Positions 1 to 11,317 of a stretch of 64,000 nucleotides of DNA are shown here, piece after piece (position 1 is the stretch's first letter; each line of letters opens with the position of its first letter). The notes below the pieces were generated by a model. That model was given only the letters and a program-made list of their open reading frames with translations. It was not told the DNA's origin and searched no databases. The DNA is taken from assembly GCF_000142905.1 (NCBI RefSeq), contig NW_013657632.1, positions 1 to 64,000 on the forward strand, written 5' to 3'. The position numbers were made by a program, and so were the translations under genes. The stretch comes from Thecamonas trahens ATCC 50062. Taxonomy: Eukaryota > Protista > Apusomonadida.

Positions 1-179
1 CTCTTTCCCTTACCCTTACCCCACCACCACCACCACCTCCTCCGCCACACCCTCCGCCACACCGCCTCCGCCACACCACCACCACACGTCCCCCTCCCCT
101 TCCTCCCCCCCTTCCCCCCTTCCCCCCTCCACCACCTTCACCACCACCACCACCGCCTGTTCCTCCTTGACCAACATAC

Positions 180-191
180 GTTAGCTGCCAT
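180..191 (-). CDS. Putative first micro-exon (MAAN) of a gene running off the left edge
   Basis: Minus strand reads caacaATG GCA GCT AAC then GTATGT, the same donor type as other introns here, followed by G-rich intron-like sequence to the window edge. Confidence 0.5.
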
Positions 192-343
192 TGTTGCGGT
201 TGTGTGTTTTCTCCCCCCCTGCTTCCTCCGTGCCCAGAGTAGTGTGCCGGTGTGGTGTGGTGTGGGGTGCCACTCGCTCGCGACCACAGTCATCACCTTC
301 TGCTCGGCCCTTTCGCCCACAGTTACAACCAGTTTAATCGGCC

Positions 344-2699
344 TCACTCGCCAGCGGCCGCCAGCGCATCCAGGCGCGCCGCAAAGTCGGTCTTGGACAC
401 AAGCTCGACCCCGAATGGCGCATCGGCAGAGCCAGCCAGCCCGAGTCCGCCAGGATGGATGATGACGTTGCCGGTGTTGGCCAGCTGGAGCGTGGCCAGG
501 AACAGCCGGCACACGCTCGGCACCGTCTCGGTCCGCACCACCGCCTCGAACGGGACAACGTTGTCCTGCCGGGCTGCCACCGCCGCAGGCGCCTCCAACA
601 GTTGGAGCACCTGCGTTCCGCACGCCCGCATGTCAAACGCCGGCCGTGCGGCGTCGTCGCGCAGGATCGGCATCACCTTGTCCTGCCACGCCTGCACCCG
701 CCGCGAGAGCTCCGTCTGGCTCGCGTACTGCGCCGCCTGTGCCAGATATGTCGCAATGTGCTCGCGGCATGCCGCTTCGTAACTGCCTTCGCCCATCGCG
801 CCCTCGTTCCGCACCCCGGCCCCAAAGTGAAGCACTTGCGGCACAATGTCCTCGTCAACCTGCGCCCACGTCTCGTCGTTGATGAGCCCCCGCGCCCCGA
901 CCTCGTCTGTGCCGGGTGCTCCGGTCGCCGGCGCTTCGTAGGCGGCGTCAAACGTGTTGTCGTCGTCGTCGCCATCGTCGCCATCTGCATAGTAGTTATC
1001 AAACTCGACTTCACGTCCGAGCTGCGCGCCCTCTTCGAACCCGGCCTCCTCCTCCAGCGGGTCGTCCATAAAATCGAGGCCCGAGTATCCAGCCGCGCCC
1101 AGCGCCGCCTTCCATTGCTTGCGCCGCGCCTTTTGCTCAGCAAAGAACAGATCGGCAAACTCGGGATTCGCCACCGTCTTGAACAGCTTGCCCGGCAGCT
1201 TCTTGGCCCCGCCACCAAACCGTGTCTGCGTTGCTAGCACAGCCAGCGCCTTCATCCCCGTCGGCGCTTGCACAGGCTTGCGCACGGTCGCGCCACGTCG
1301 GAACGGCTTGACCACTCCACTCGACGCTGCGTGAGGATCCAGCGGCTCCCATGGATCTTCGGCATCCACCGTCGTGTCCAGCGACACCGCAGATCCGCGA
1401 CGCCGCCACCTGCGGTGCTGGCTCACGTACTCTTCATGCACTGCTGCGCCGTTCATGTAGTCGCCGCCGTCGTCATCGCCATCATCGTCGAATCCACCAT
1501 CGTCGCCGCCACCGTACCACGCGCCCTCGCCCGCGGTCGCTTCGGTCGCGGCCGAGCTCTGAGATGCTGCAGGCTGCTCGAGCGCCATACGCATCACTTC
1601 CTCGAGCTTGGAGCTCTGCAGTGCTCTCGGCCCACTGCCGTGGCTCAGCTCTTGCGTCAGCGCCGCGCCCACAAACGTTGTCGACGGCGCCAGCGGCTGG
1701 ATTGACCCGAGCTCAAAGCCCTCTTTTCCGCCAAACAACAGCGCCTCGTCCAGATCGAGCATCAGCGCGCCTGATGACGAGTGCATCTTTGCAGAGTTCA
1801 TCTTGAACTTGGCCAGCTCCGCCCGCATCCGCGCCGCAGGATCACGTCCCACCGCCGCGCCATCTGTGTTCATCCGAAGCAGCGAGAGTGGTGTCCGTGC
1901 CAGCAACGTGGTAGCTCCGCTGCTTCCGCCCTTTCCGGCCTCAGCTTCCTCGTCGAGGTCGATCCCGCTCGCCGCCGTCAGCTCTCCGTCCAGCGAGAGC
2001 AGCAGCGGATCGGCGGCAAAGTCGACGTCGGCATCGACTCCGTTGGCGTCAATCGAGGATGGCTTGCGTGACTTGATCTTCTTCTTGCGGACCGAGACCA
2101 GCTCCAGCGTCTGGTACACCAGCGCATACAGAAACTCGACCTTGCGCGAGTAGATGCACGCAGAGCCCTGGATGACGAGGGCTGCCTCCGCAAAGTTGAG
2201 GTTTGTCTTGCCGCCATCAAACGAGAACGCCACAGACTCCAGATCCGCCAGGTACTCCTCTAGCTCGGCCGCGATGTCGATGTTCCACGACTGGGTCAGG
2301 TCCCTGTCGTTTCCCCCGCCCCGTCAACCAGTCGACCGTCCCCCCCCCCCCCCCCCCGACCACACACCACGCCGCAGCATCGTCCAGCACAAACCCCACG
2401 TCCATCCACACCCGTTACCGTCCGTCACCATTGTACGTGAGTCCTGAATTTCTCCATGGCACTACCCGCACCCATCCATGCATGCCCTGCTGTTCGCTGG
2501 TGCCGTTTGCGCGCCAAAACTGGACTGATCACCACTCGCTACCTTGGCTTCCAACCCGTCCATCCCTCCCCCCTACTGTAGCCAAACCATCTTCCGCTAC
2601 TCGCTACATGACGTAGACTCATACTTCATCACCCTATACGTACTTGATTGGCTTGAGCAGGTGCGCAAAGCGCTTGGACCGCTCGGACTGGGTGTCCAT
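344..2699 (-). CDS. NCAPH2: Condensin II kleisin subunit H2 (exons 2699-2644 and 2303-344)
   Basis: Spliced N-terminus [28 protein letters not shown]...NFAEAALVIQGSACIYSRKVEFLY; C-terminal VCRLFLATLQLANTGNV; GTACGT...CAG intron 2643-2304 keeps frame. Confidence 0.93.
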
Positions 2700-2854
2700 G
2701 GCTCGAAGGAGGCGAGACACGTGTGCCGTGTGGTGGCGGGTGGCAGACAGCCATCGTTCGCCACCGTCCGCCACCCGGTGGACTAGACGACTGGCCGACA
2801 CGGCCACGGCGTGGCACCCAATTTCTGCTACAGCCGCCTTGCGTGGCGAGACTG

Positions 2855-5800
2855 CTATCCGACAAGATGCGCTGGAAGATCAAAGGCTTGCTCTACGCCG
2901 CGCAAGGCCTTGACCACAATTGCGTTCCCGCCGCTGCTCCATCCAAGACGGACAGCCTGAAGGATCTCGTTGACAGGAACAGTGCGGGCAAAGTCGACTC
3001 CGGCAGCTTCAAGGAGAAAGCCAGTGCGGATCTTGGCCTTTTTGCCTCCAAACAACGGCGCAACCTCCTCCATGATCCGCAGCCGTCCGGTGGAAATGAC
3101 CAGCGTGACGAGCATGCGGCCGCTAGTGCCGGGCCGGAACTTGACAGCGGTCACGGGTCCGTCGTGGTCGACTACGTCGACGATCTTGGCCCCGGTCTGC
3201 GCCGCGTACACCCGCATCACTCGCGGGCTCTCCGGTGACGGCGCTACCACCCTGTCCGACGCTGCATCAGCGTCGACATGTGGGTATATGTGGATAAGGA
3301 CCCTCAGGAGCTGCGTGCACTCGGCAAGGAGCGACTTGTGCTGCAGTGACCGCGTGCCCGAGACGAGCGACATGATCATGGCCACCAGCGCTCCGGCCCA
3401 CGGCTCAAAGACCGACGCCGAGCCGTAGACTGCCCGGGCCAGCAGCTGAACGCACAGGACCCGGTAGGGGCCACTCTCCCCACCGTCCTCACCTGCGCTG
3501 AGCACCGCCCGCTGGAGTGTCACCACAAACTCGTCCGGCACCTGCACAGACACCTGCATCAATGTCTCCACGCACGCCTGCTGGTACCGCGATCCGGTTG
3601 ACGCTGCCTGCAGTGCCCGCGTTGTCAGCCGCACCACCTCTCCGGCCTTGACAAACCGCTCCCACGGGAGCATCACCGCGCCGAGCAGAGACACTGCGGT
3701 CGTTCGGAACAGCAACGGGCCCGACGACGCCAGTTCCTCCAGGCCCGTGGTCACTGCACACGCACTCGCCCCGTCAAGCAGCGATGGATAGAGGGTGCCC
3801 AGAATACCGAGCATGAACACTGCTGAGATCCATCGCGGCTCAGTTGCCGCCCGCCCTTCAAACGTCGCCAGCGCACTAGCCACAAGCTCGCCCACCTCAC
3901 TCTCGTTTGTCCGCAGCAGCGCTGAAGAAATCACCCGCCGCCCCGCACGCTGCACGTCCAGATTGACGTCCTGGTAAAACGCTGCAAGAACCGCGAGCTC
4001 CGGCATGGCGTACTGGCTCAGCTCGCGCGGAAGAACCTCGGTCACGTACTCGACCATGGCCCGAACCCGACGCCGCACACGCCCGGCCACAACGCCACCC
4101 TCGACCACGGTTGTCGTCCACTTGAACGCCCGCAGCACCGCCGCCGAGGTTACTGCCGCACGCGCCGTAAACTCGCCCGACGCTCGCCACGGCCATCCGC
4201 TGCGCCGCACCGTCAGAGCTGGCAGCAGCGCGTGTGCTGGCCCAGCACTTACCCGCTCGCACTGCTCGCCGCCTACCAGCTGTGGCACTCGTCCAAACCG
4301 CGCCAGTCCGCTCCCGCGCGGGCTCTGCCCCTCGCCCAACCCATCGTCACTCAACAGCGGTGACGAGCTCATGTGCGGCGAGAGACTAAGGACAAGCACC
4401 CGCGCCAGTGCCGCCAGCCGACCCACCGCACGTTCCACCAGCGCCCTCGGCACCTCGATGTGCATCTCGGGCTCGCTCTCCATCGCCGCCAGTTCGCTGA
4501 TTCCGGTCCGGAACGCGTGGATGATCATTCGGACTCGGACAAAGAGACTCACCGCGCCGACGCCCCGCAGTCTGCTCCATGACGCAAACACTTGCGAGTC
4601 AAACATGCCGCGGCCCGCAAGCCGCGCCAGAAAGTTGGACTTGTCACCAAAGGCAGAGCCGGGAGCTTGGCTCCGCGCGCTTGCCGCAAAGTTCTCCTTG
4701 GTTGCCGCCGCAAGCACATGCGGCACAAGCTGACCCTCGATCATCCGCTCGCGCGAGCCGGTGCTCAGCTGCCACACATGCACCATCTCGGCTTCGCGGT
4801 CGTGGACAAGAAGCGTGTCCAGCGATGGCCGCCAGACAAGACCCACATCGCTTGACGATAGCGCAGGCAGCACAAACAGTGCTGTCGCCATGTCCACAGC
4901 CACTACCGCCACCGCACCATCGCGCGCAACAGAGACCGCAACACGGCCCACAGCAAGCGACGCTGCGGCGTGCCGTGGTGGCTCTTCCAGCCGCAGCACC
5001 GGCGTGATATGGACTCGCAACGTCACCTCCAGCGTTAGCTCCCGGCCATCCACGTCGACTTGCCACACCCGAACAGCTCCGTCGATGCATCCTGAGAGCA
5101 GCACAAGACTGTCGACGTCAGCCGAGCAGTCGACGCCGAGGAGCGCAGTCACCGCTCCAGGATGGCTCGCTGAGTTTGGCATCGTCGCCGTCCCGCTCGC
5201 CTGAGCCGGCGGCATCGAGTCTAGGCTTAGGCTGCCATCGTCAAATCCCCACGCCACATACGCCGGCACACCGTACTCGTACCCCCCGGCGCTCGCCGTC
5301 AGCCGGCGCTCGCTCTCGCTGCGTCCGTTCGGCACAGACTCGTTGTAAGCAGTGTCGAGTGCGCTTGTCACACACACGCTCGCTTCGCTCGCGTCTGGCC
5401 ACCACCGGAGAAGCGGCAGGCCTGATCCCGCACTGCATCCGTTCGTGCCCGGCGCAAGAACGAGCCCCAACTGCATGGTCTCGGGATCAACCGCAACCGC
5501 AAACGTTCGCGCGCGCTCGCCTTCGGCCGCCACCATCGACGACGGCACGTCCTCGGTCGACGACAGGACGGCAACCACCGTCGGCGGCGAGCTCGCTAGC
5601 GAGAACAATGTCAGCTCCACCGCGTCTCCTGCGACCTGGAAAACAACCACCGAGCTCTCGTCAACCCACTGCCCGCCAGAGTATACGTAGCCAGAAGCGG
5701 CAGCTGGCGCATGATGCAGCGCAAGGATCTCCAGCTCGCCGACACTGGCCACCAGCCATCCGCCTGAGCACACCACCAGCGCCCGCCCCAGCGGCCCGGC

Positions 5801-6622
5801 GGCAACCCCTACTATCTCCCCCAGGCCGTCCGGAATCTCCAGCTCTGCCAGCATGACCGGGCCCATTTGTCCCTCGCTCGCCCCACTCGACGCCAGAAGC
5901 GAGTGCTGCAAGGCGACCACCGCGCGCTGGCTTGCCCAGAGCATCACGTCGGTCGCGCCGCCGGTCGCCGCTGCTAGCCCGGCCATCGCCTTCCACGGAC
6001 CGTCCGCCACCATATCCGGCGGCTGAACATGCGAGTAGACAACATGTTCCAGCGTCGGGAGCGAGAGCACTGCCACATGACCCCGCTCCGAGTACAACAC
6101 CGCCGCCAGCACTCCTTCGTGCATGCCCTGCGCGAGTCCGAGCTTGCCTACCTTTGGCGTCATCCAAACCGGAACAGGCGCCGCAGCAAGGACCTCGCCC
6201 AGCGGAACATCCCACAGCACACACGCGCCCGAACCGTAAAGCACCAGTAGGACATGCTCCCGCGGCGCGTTGGGATGGAGCGCCACTGGGAGCAGAGCCA
6301 GGACCTCGATCTCATCGCCGTGCGGCGGCTCCAGCACCGACAACAGCGCCACTCGCCCACCATCGCTGCTATCCTCATCATGCACGCCTGGCAGCGCCCA
6401 CACATATACACACCCACTCCCCGCCTGGGCGGTGGCTATGCCCGTCTGCGGAACACTCGCCGCAACCAGTCGTCCACACCCTCTGTCGTCGGCCCTAGGA
6501 CAGCCACCTCTGACACCACAAGCCCAGCCTGGCGCAGGCAAGGCAGGCGCCCAGACAGACACAGACACCTCCAGCCGCCCGTCCATTCCCTTTGCGTTCT
6601 TCAACGAGTTGGCTGTTCCCAT
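2855..6622 (-). CDS. WDR7: WD-repeat protein, WDR7/WDR72 (rabconnectin-3 beta)-like
   Basis: WD repeats (HPGAVTALL...LLSGCIDGAVRVW), helical region, and C-terminal DHDGPVTAVKFRP repeat typical of WDR7. Start placed at the first ATG after the C-rich tract. Confidence 0.72.
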   Translation of the reverse strand: MGTANSLKNAKGMDGRLEVSVSVWAPALPAPGWACGVRGGCPRADDRGCGRLVAASVPQTGIATAQAGSGCVYVWALPGVHDEDSSDGGRVALLSVLEPPHGDEIEVLALLPVALHPNAPREHVLLVLYGSGACVLWDVPLGEVLAAAPVPVWMTPKVGKLGLAQGMHEGVLAAVLYSERGHVAVLSLPTLEHVVYSHVQPPDMVADGPWKAMAGLAAATGGATDVMLWASQRAVVALQHSLLASSGASEGQMGPVMLAELEIPDGLGEIVGVAAGPLGRALVVCSGGWLVASVGELEILALHHAPAAASGYVYSGGQWVDESSVVVFQVAGDAVELTLFSLASSPPTVVAVLSSTEDVPSSMVAAEGERARTFAVAVDPETMQLGLVLAPGTNGCSAGSGLPLLRWWPDASEASVCVTSALDTAYNESVPNGRSESERRLTASAGGYEYGVPAYVAWGFDDGSLSLDSMPPAQASGTATMPNSASHPGAVTALLGVDCSADVDSLVLLSGCIDGAVRVWQVDVDGRELTLEVTLRVHITPVLRLEEPPRHAAASLAVGRVAVSVARDGAVAVVAVDMATALFVLPALSSSDVGLVWRPSLDTLLVHDREAEMVHVWQLSTGSRERMIEGQLVPHVLAAATKENFAASARSQAPGSAFGDKSNFLARLAGRGMFDSQVFASWSRLRGVGAVSLFVRVRMIIHAFRTGISELAAMESEPEMHIEVPRALVERAVGRLAALARVLVLSLSPHMSSSPLLSDDGLGEGQSPRGSGLARFGRVPQLVGGEQCERVSAGPAHALLPALTVRRSGWPWRASGEFTARAAVTSAAVLRAFKWTTTVVEGGVVAGRVRRRVRAMVEYVTEVLPRELSQYAMPELAVLAAFYQDVNLDVQRAGRRVISSALLRTNESEVGELVASALATFEGRAATEPRWISAVFMLGILGTLYPSLLDGASACAVTTGLEELASSGPLLFRTTAVSLLGAVMLPWERFVKAGEVVRLTTRALQAASTGSRYQQACVETLMQVSVQVPDEFVVTLQRAVLSAGEDGGESGPYRVLCVQLLARAVYGSASVFEPWAGALVAMIMSLVSGTRSLQHKSLLAECTQLLRVLIHIYPHVDADAASDRVVAPSPESPRVMRVYAAQTGAKIVDVVDHDGPVTAVKFRPGTSGRMLVTLVISTGRLRIMEEVAPLFGGKKAKIRTGFLLEAAGVDFARTVPVNEILQAVRLGWSSGGNAIVVKALRGVEQAFDLPAHLVG

Positions 6623-6871
6623 CTCTACCAACACTTTGCCCCCCCCCCCCCCAGAACTTTGTGTCCAACAGAGGATGCTGAGGTCTAGTCGAAGTCCCCG
6701 CCCGCCTCCCCTCTCACGTGCCTCCTTTCGATCCGTCCTCTCCCTCTCCCCCTCTCCCCTCCTCTCCCTCCTTCCCACCACGAGCACCCCCCCACCCCCC
6801 CACCCCTCCTCTCTCTATCTCTCTCTCTCTCTCTCTCTCTCCACCCCCCCCCACACATACATTCACTCAAG

Positions 6872-9800
6872 GTGATGGAGCAACTCCCACCTGCGGCGGT
6901 CGACGCCCTGGTTCGTATGCTCATCATGGCTGATCATGGGCTGGCGCCAAAGCTGGCTGCCAAGGCAGTCTCGTTGGCTCAGCGTGTGGGCATGCCGTCG
7001 CCGCTACCACAACCTGGGGAAGATGAGGCTCTGGCTCTGGCCTTGAACTTGCTCCACGCGCACACACGGTCATCAGGCCTCAATTCGGCTGTCTACTGCT
7101 CGGCTATGGCTCGACTAGCCCCGGTCGTGCCCGATCGCGCTCTCGACGCAGCCCTCGCTGCCGCGCCCATGCTTGCCTCGGCTGCACCCGCGCCGCAGGT
7201 CTGGCCGGCTCTGGTGGCTCTCTTTGCACGCTTTCCGCGCGTGCAACTCTCGCAGACTGCGCCTCAGCTCATTGAGCTCTTCCAGGGCCCTCTGGCAGCC
7301 GCTGCTCATCCAACCAAGCACGCGCCGCTGGTTGTCTTCTACGGCCTCATGCTCGCGCTTCTCGGCGGCGACGGTACGTCCGACTCTGCTGCACACTTTG
7401 CTGACGACGCCGTGGCCTGGCTCTCTAACAAGAGCAACCTCACGGCTGGTGTCGATCTCAAGTTTCTCAACGTGAGTCTCGGCAAGGTGCTCAAGGTCGC
7501 GACGCTCTCGCTTCGCGCGCTCAAGGACGCCCGTGCCGCTGACGTTCTGCTTCCGCTGGAGCGGCTTTGGGGCTATGCCGCCAAGCTCGAGGCCAAGCTC
7601 AAGGTGGCTGAGCCCAAGTTTGCTGGCTTGCTTGCAGTCCGACTGGACATGCTGTTGGCCTGTGTGACTGCTCCTGCCGACGAACCCATCCTTGCGCGCG
7701 CCCTCGCCCTACTGCGCGCCTCGTCGGCCGCCACGCCAGAGCCCTCACTGCTGAGGTGCGTGGCCGGCGGCTATGCCAAGATTGGCACTCGCGCGTTCTC
7801 CGACGGGGAGTATCCGGCTGCGCTGGCGCTTCTCTCCGCTGGCCTCGACCTGCTGCTCGAGGCGGCTGTGCCGAGCGGAACGCCCAGCGTCGAGAGCCTT
7901 GATCCACAGGCTGCGTCATCACTGGCCCACATCCACTTTCTGCTCTCGCACACTGAGCGCAAGCGCAGGAACAGCGATGCTGCAGCGGGCCACGTTCTTG
8001 CCGCCGTCGGCTTCAAGGCTGTCTCGCTCCTCGACTCGCCGGCATCGTTGAGCGCGCCTCTGCCAGACTCGCTCCTAGCAGCGTGGCGAGCGAGCACACC
8101 AGCGCCTGATGAGTTGATCGACTTGGGCCAGCTACTGCCGGAATGGTTTGTTGCCTCAGCTCCGTTCTCGCTTGTCCGCGAGGTCCTGGCCGAGCTCACT
8201 GCCGCTAATGACCTGCTCTGGGGCGCTGCCCGCAAGCTCCTCCGAGATGCGATGGCGTCAAGCGAAGACAGCGTCTCGCACGTTGCGCTCGCCGAGCTAG
8301 TTCTGGATGACGCTCGCGCTACGGTCCTTAACTCGCCCGAATCCGCGCTCGACTCTCTCCTCGAGGCCCTGGTGAGCCTCACCAGTGCAGCAGATGAGGC
8401 CGCGTCGCACGCGGGCCAGACACTTCTTGCACTCGGCTGCTCGTGGGTGGCGTTGTGGACGCTCCAGTTTCAGATTGAGCCGACTCCGGCCCGACAGGCG
8501 GCCATTACTAGCGTGTCCGACACACTAATGGGGAAAGTAGCGGTCACACTGATGGTCTTGGCGCGCCGCGCATGCCGTTTGACCTCGCCACCTCTGTGTG
8601 GCGCGCGCTGCTAGCAGCGCCGGCCGGTGACTCGGCTCTGGCGCTGCAGAGCCACCTTGTTCATGTTGCCGACATGCTCGCCTTTCTTGGCTACCCGTCG
8701 CTGCAAGTCATGGTCCTTAACGGGGCGCTGACGCTTGGGGCCGGCGCGCGAGCCTCGGTCGGCCTTGCATCCGCGCACAACGTGCTGGGCGACCCGCGAC
8801 TGGCGCTCGAGACGCTGGATGGCGGAACCGGCGACGGGGCCGACGGCGTGTCTGAGGCGGGCAATGCTGCCGACGACGCCGCTGTCTACTCGGGCCGTGG
8901 TGCGGTGGCACGGTCGCTTGCGCTGGCCTCGCTGCAGCAGTTTGACGACTCGCTGGCGGTGCTGGAGACTGCTGACAGCTCGGGTGCCGACCCAGTTCTG
9001 GAGCCACTGGCCGAGGCCGCCCGCGCCGCACTGCGGGTCAAGGTTGGTGAGGGCTCTGCAGCGCTTGCTGCGGCTGCTGCAGCCCTCTCCAAGTCGACGG
9101 CGCTTCTACGATCGGTCGAGGGTGCAAGCGGATCGGACACTTCGATGCTCGATCTGCCGTACGATTTTGTGGCCAACCTCGCTGACACCCTGCACCGGCT
9201 CGGCTCGCTCTCGCTGGCGGCCTCGCACGTTCGCAAGGCTGCGTACTACTTTAAGAAGGGCGCTGCACTTGGCGCCAAGCTCGGTGCCGCTGGCGTCGAG
9301 CTGCGGTTCCGGCTCGAGATGGTCACCCTTCTCGCATCCAAGCACGCGTTTGATGAGGCCAGCGCAGCGCTCGACGCCGTCAAGGCGCTCGCCGCCAACA
9401 TCCCGCACTCGCCGCACGTTGAGCTGGCAATCACCACTCGTGCTGCTGTTCTGGCCTCTTCCACCCGCAACTGGGGGGATGCTCTCTCGCTCTACCGCTC
9501 GGCGCTGGACCAGGTCTCTGCGCTGGGCGGAAGCGGCGGCGAGCTCGAGGGTCTTGTCCTCGAGGACACGACCGTGGTTGTGGTCGGCGTCTTCCGCGGC
9601 CGCCTCCGCCGGCTTATGCTCACCGCGCAGCTGGCTGCCGGCGAGTGCGAGCTGGACCCCGACGCGTTTCGTCTTTCCGACGCAGCGCTTCCCATTGACA
9701 AGCTCTGGGTCCGTCTTCTAGCGGTCGAGGCCAATGCCGACACCAGCGCAGCGGTGGCGGCTTGGACCGCCGCCGCAGAAGCGTCACCAAGCACCCGTCG

Positions 9801-11180
9801 TAGCGGTCGCACGACTCGCGGGTCGCGGCGAAGCGCCAAGCCCGGGCCGGTAACCTTGACGCTACCATGTCCGAGCTTGTCGAGCTTGCCAACGCTGCGC
9901 GCGGCTGCGGTGAGATGGTGCTGTGCGAGCGAATTGCGCGGTGGTGTGCGTTCCTGGCGCCAGCTGCCGGCGCCTTTGCTCCAAGTGTGGCCGATGCTGT
10001 TGCAGCATCGATGTCGCCTAGCCTTGGCGCCGAGTTTGGCGAGCCGCCGAGTAGCGGGCACGATATTGTGACACTGGCGCTCTCGCCACAGCACGAGCTG
10101 CTGCTGGTTGTGCGCCAGTTTGCGGACGGCCGGAATGCGGTCGTTGCCGGCGTGCCACTTCCCGCTGGCGGCGAGGCTGGCGGTATCGACACGGCTTCAG
10201 TGTTTCGGTACCAGCGGGCGAGCAAGACCGAGCTGGCTAGCGTGTACAAGGCCGGGGCACGAGGTGTGACGACCAAGCCGCCCAAGACCGGTCTCACGCT
10301 CGAGTGGGTGCTTGAACGATTCGGAGCGATCATGCTGCTCTCACGGGCGACGACATCAGGCGCTGTGGCAGTCTCGACCAAAGCTGGCAAGGCCAAGTGG
10401 TGGAAAACGCGGATTGCGCTTGACAAGGCGCTCGGGGCGCTGTTGGATGCGATCCAGAGCCAGTGGCTAGGGAGTCTGGGCGGAGACCTGGACTCGGTGT
10501 TCGGTGTCGACAATGGGTCGACACTTGTCCTGGTCATCGATCCACTGCTCGCGCACCTGCCATGGGAGTCGCTCCAGCTCCTGGCTGAGACGGCGTGCAC
10601 CCGGGTGCCATCAACACGGTTTCTGGCTCCGCGGCCCGAGCGCGTTGCGCGTGAGCGAGCCGTCTTCTACCTGCTCAACCCGTCGGGCGATCTTGTCAAG
10701 ACGCAAGCCCGTTTCGAGGAGCGGTTTGCCGCACACGAGGGATGGGCCGGCACCGCCGGAGCGCCGCCAGCCACGGCCGACCTTGCTGCCGGGCTCCGAT
10801 CTGCAAACACGTACGTGTACTGCGGTCACGGCGCCGGCGAAGACTACTTTGCCATGGACCACGTGCTGGCGCTCAAGGGCACCGCCCCGCAGCACGTCCT
10901 CCTTCTTGGGTGCTCGTCGGGACTGCTGCGTGCGCGTGGCGTCCACAACCCAATCGGCATGGCGTCGGCGTATCTGCAGGCCGGTGCAGCACGGGTAGTC
11001 AGCAATCTGTGGGACGTGACCGACGGCGATCTGGATCTGCTCTCGGACAAGCTCATCAGCCTTGCGGTCGAGGGCGAGACGCCGCTCGAAGCGGCGCTCC
11101 CGATCGCCCGCGCCGAGTGCAAACTTTCCTGGCTTGTGGCGTCGGCCGCTGTGGTGTATGGACTGCCCACGCCGAGGTAG
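6872..11180 (+). CDS. ESP1: Separase (peptidase C50), split over three ORFs by two -1 frame breaks (~8533, ~9842)
   Basis: C-terminal KWWKTRIALD, LPWESL, RVPS, YLLNPSGDL, YVYCGHGAG (catalytic His), LLGCSSG (catalytic Cys), NLWDVTDGDLD; long helical N-terminal region in the upstream ORFs. Confidence 0.9.
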
Positions 11181-11317
11181 CTGGTAGATAAAGCGAGTGC
11201 GCCGCGTTGCCCAGCAGGTGACATGACTGCGGCGCTGCGAGCACGGGTGCGGGCGTGAGGAAGACCAGTGCTGGGGGCCACACTTGGCTTGACCTGGCGA
11301 CGGCAGAGGGCAGTGTC

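Noticed and set aside
344-11180. NCAPH2 and separase as a mitotic gene cluster
   Set aside because: Two genes separated by unrelated WDR7; chance adjacency is sufficient.
6872-11180. Frame-broken genes as pseudogenes
   Set aside because: Catalytic motifs intact, no in-frame stops, and each break is fixed by a single homopolymer base.
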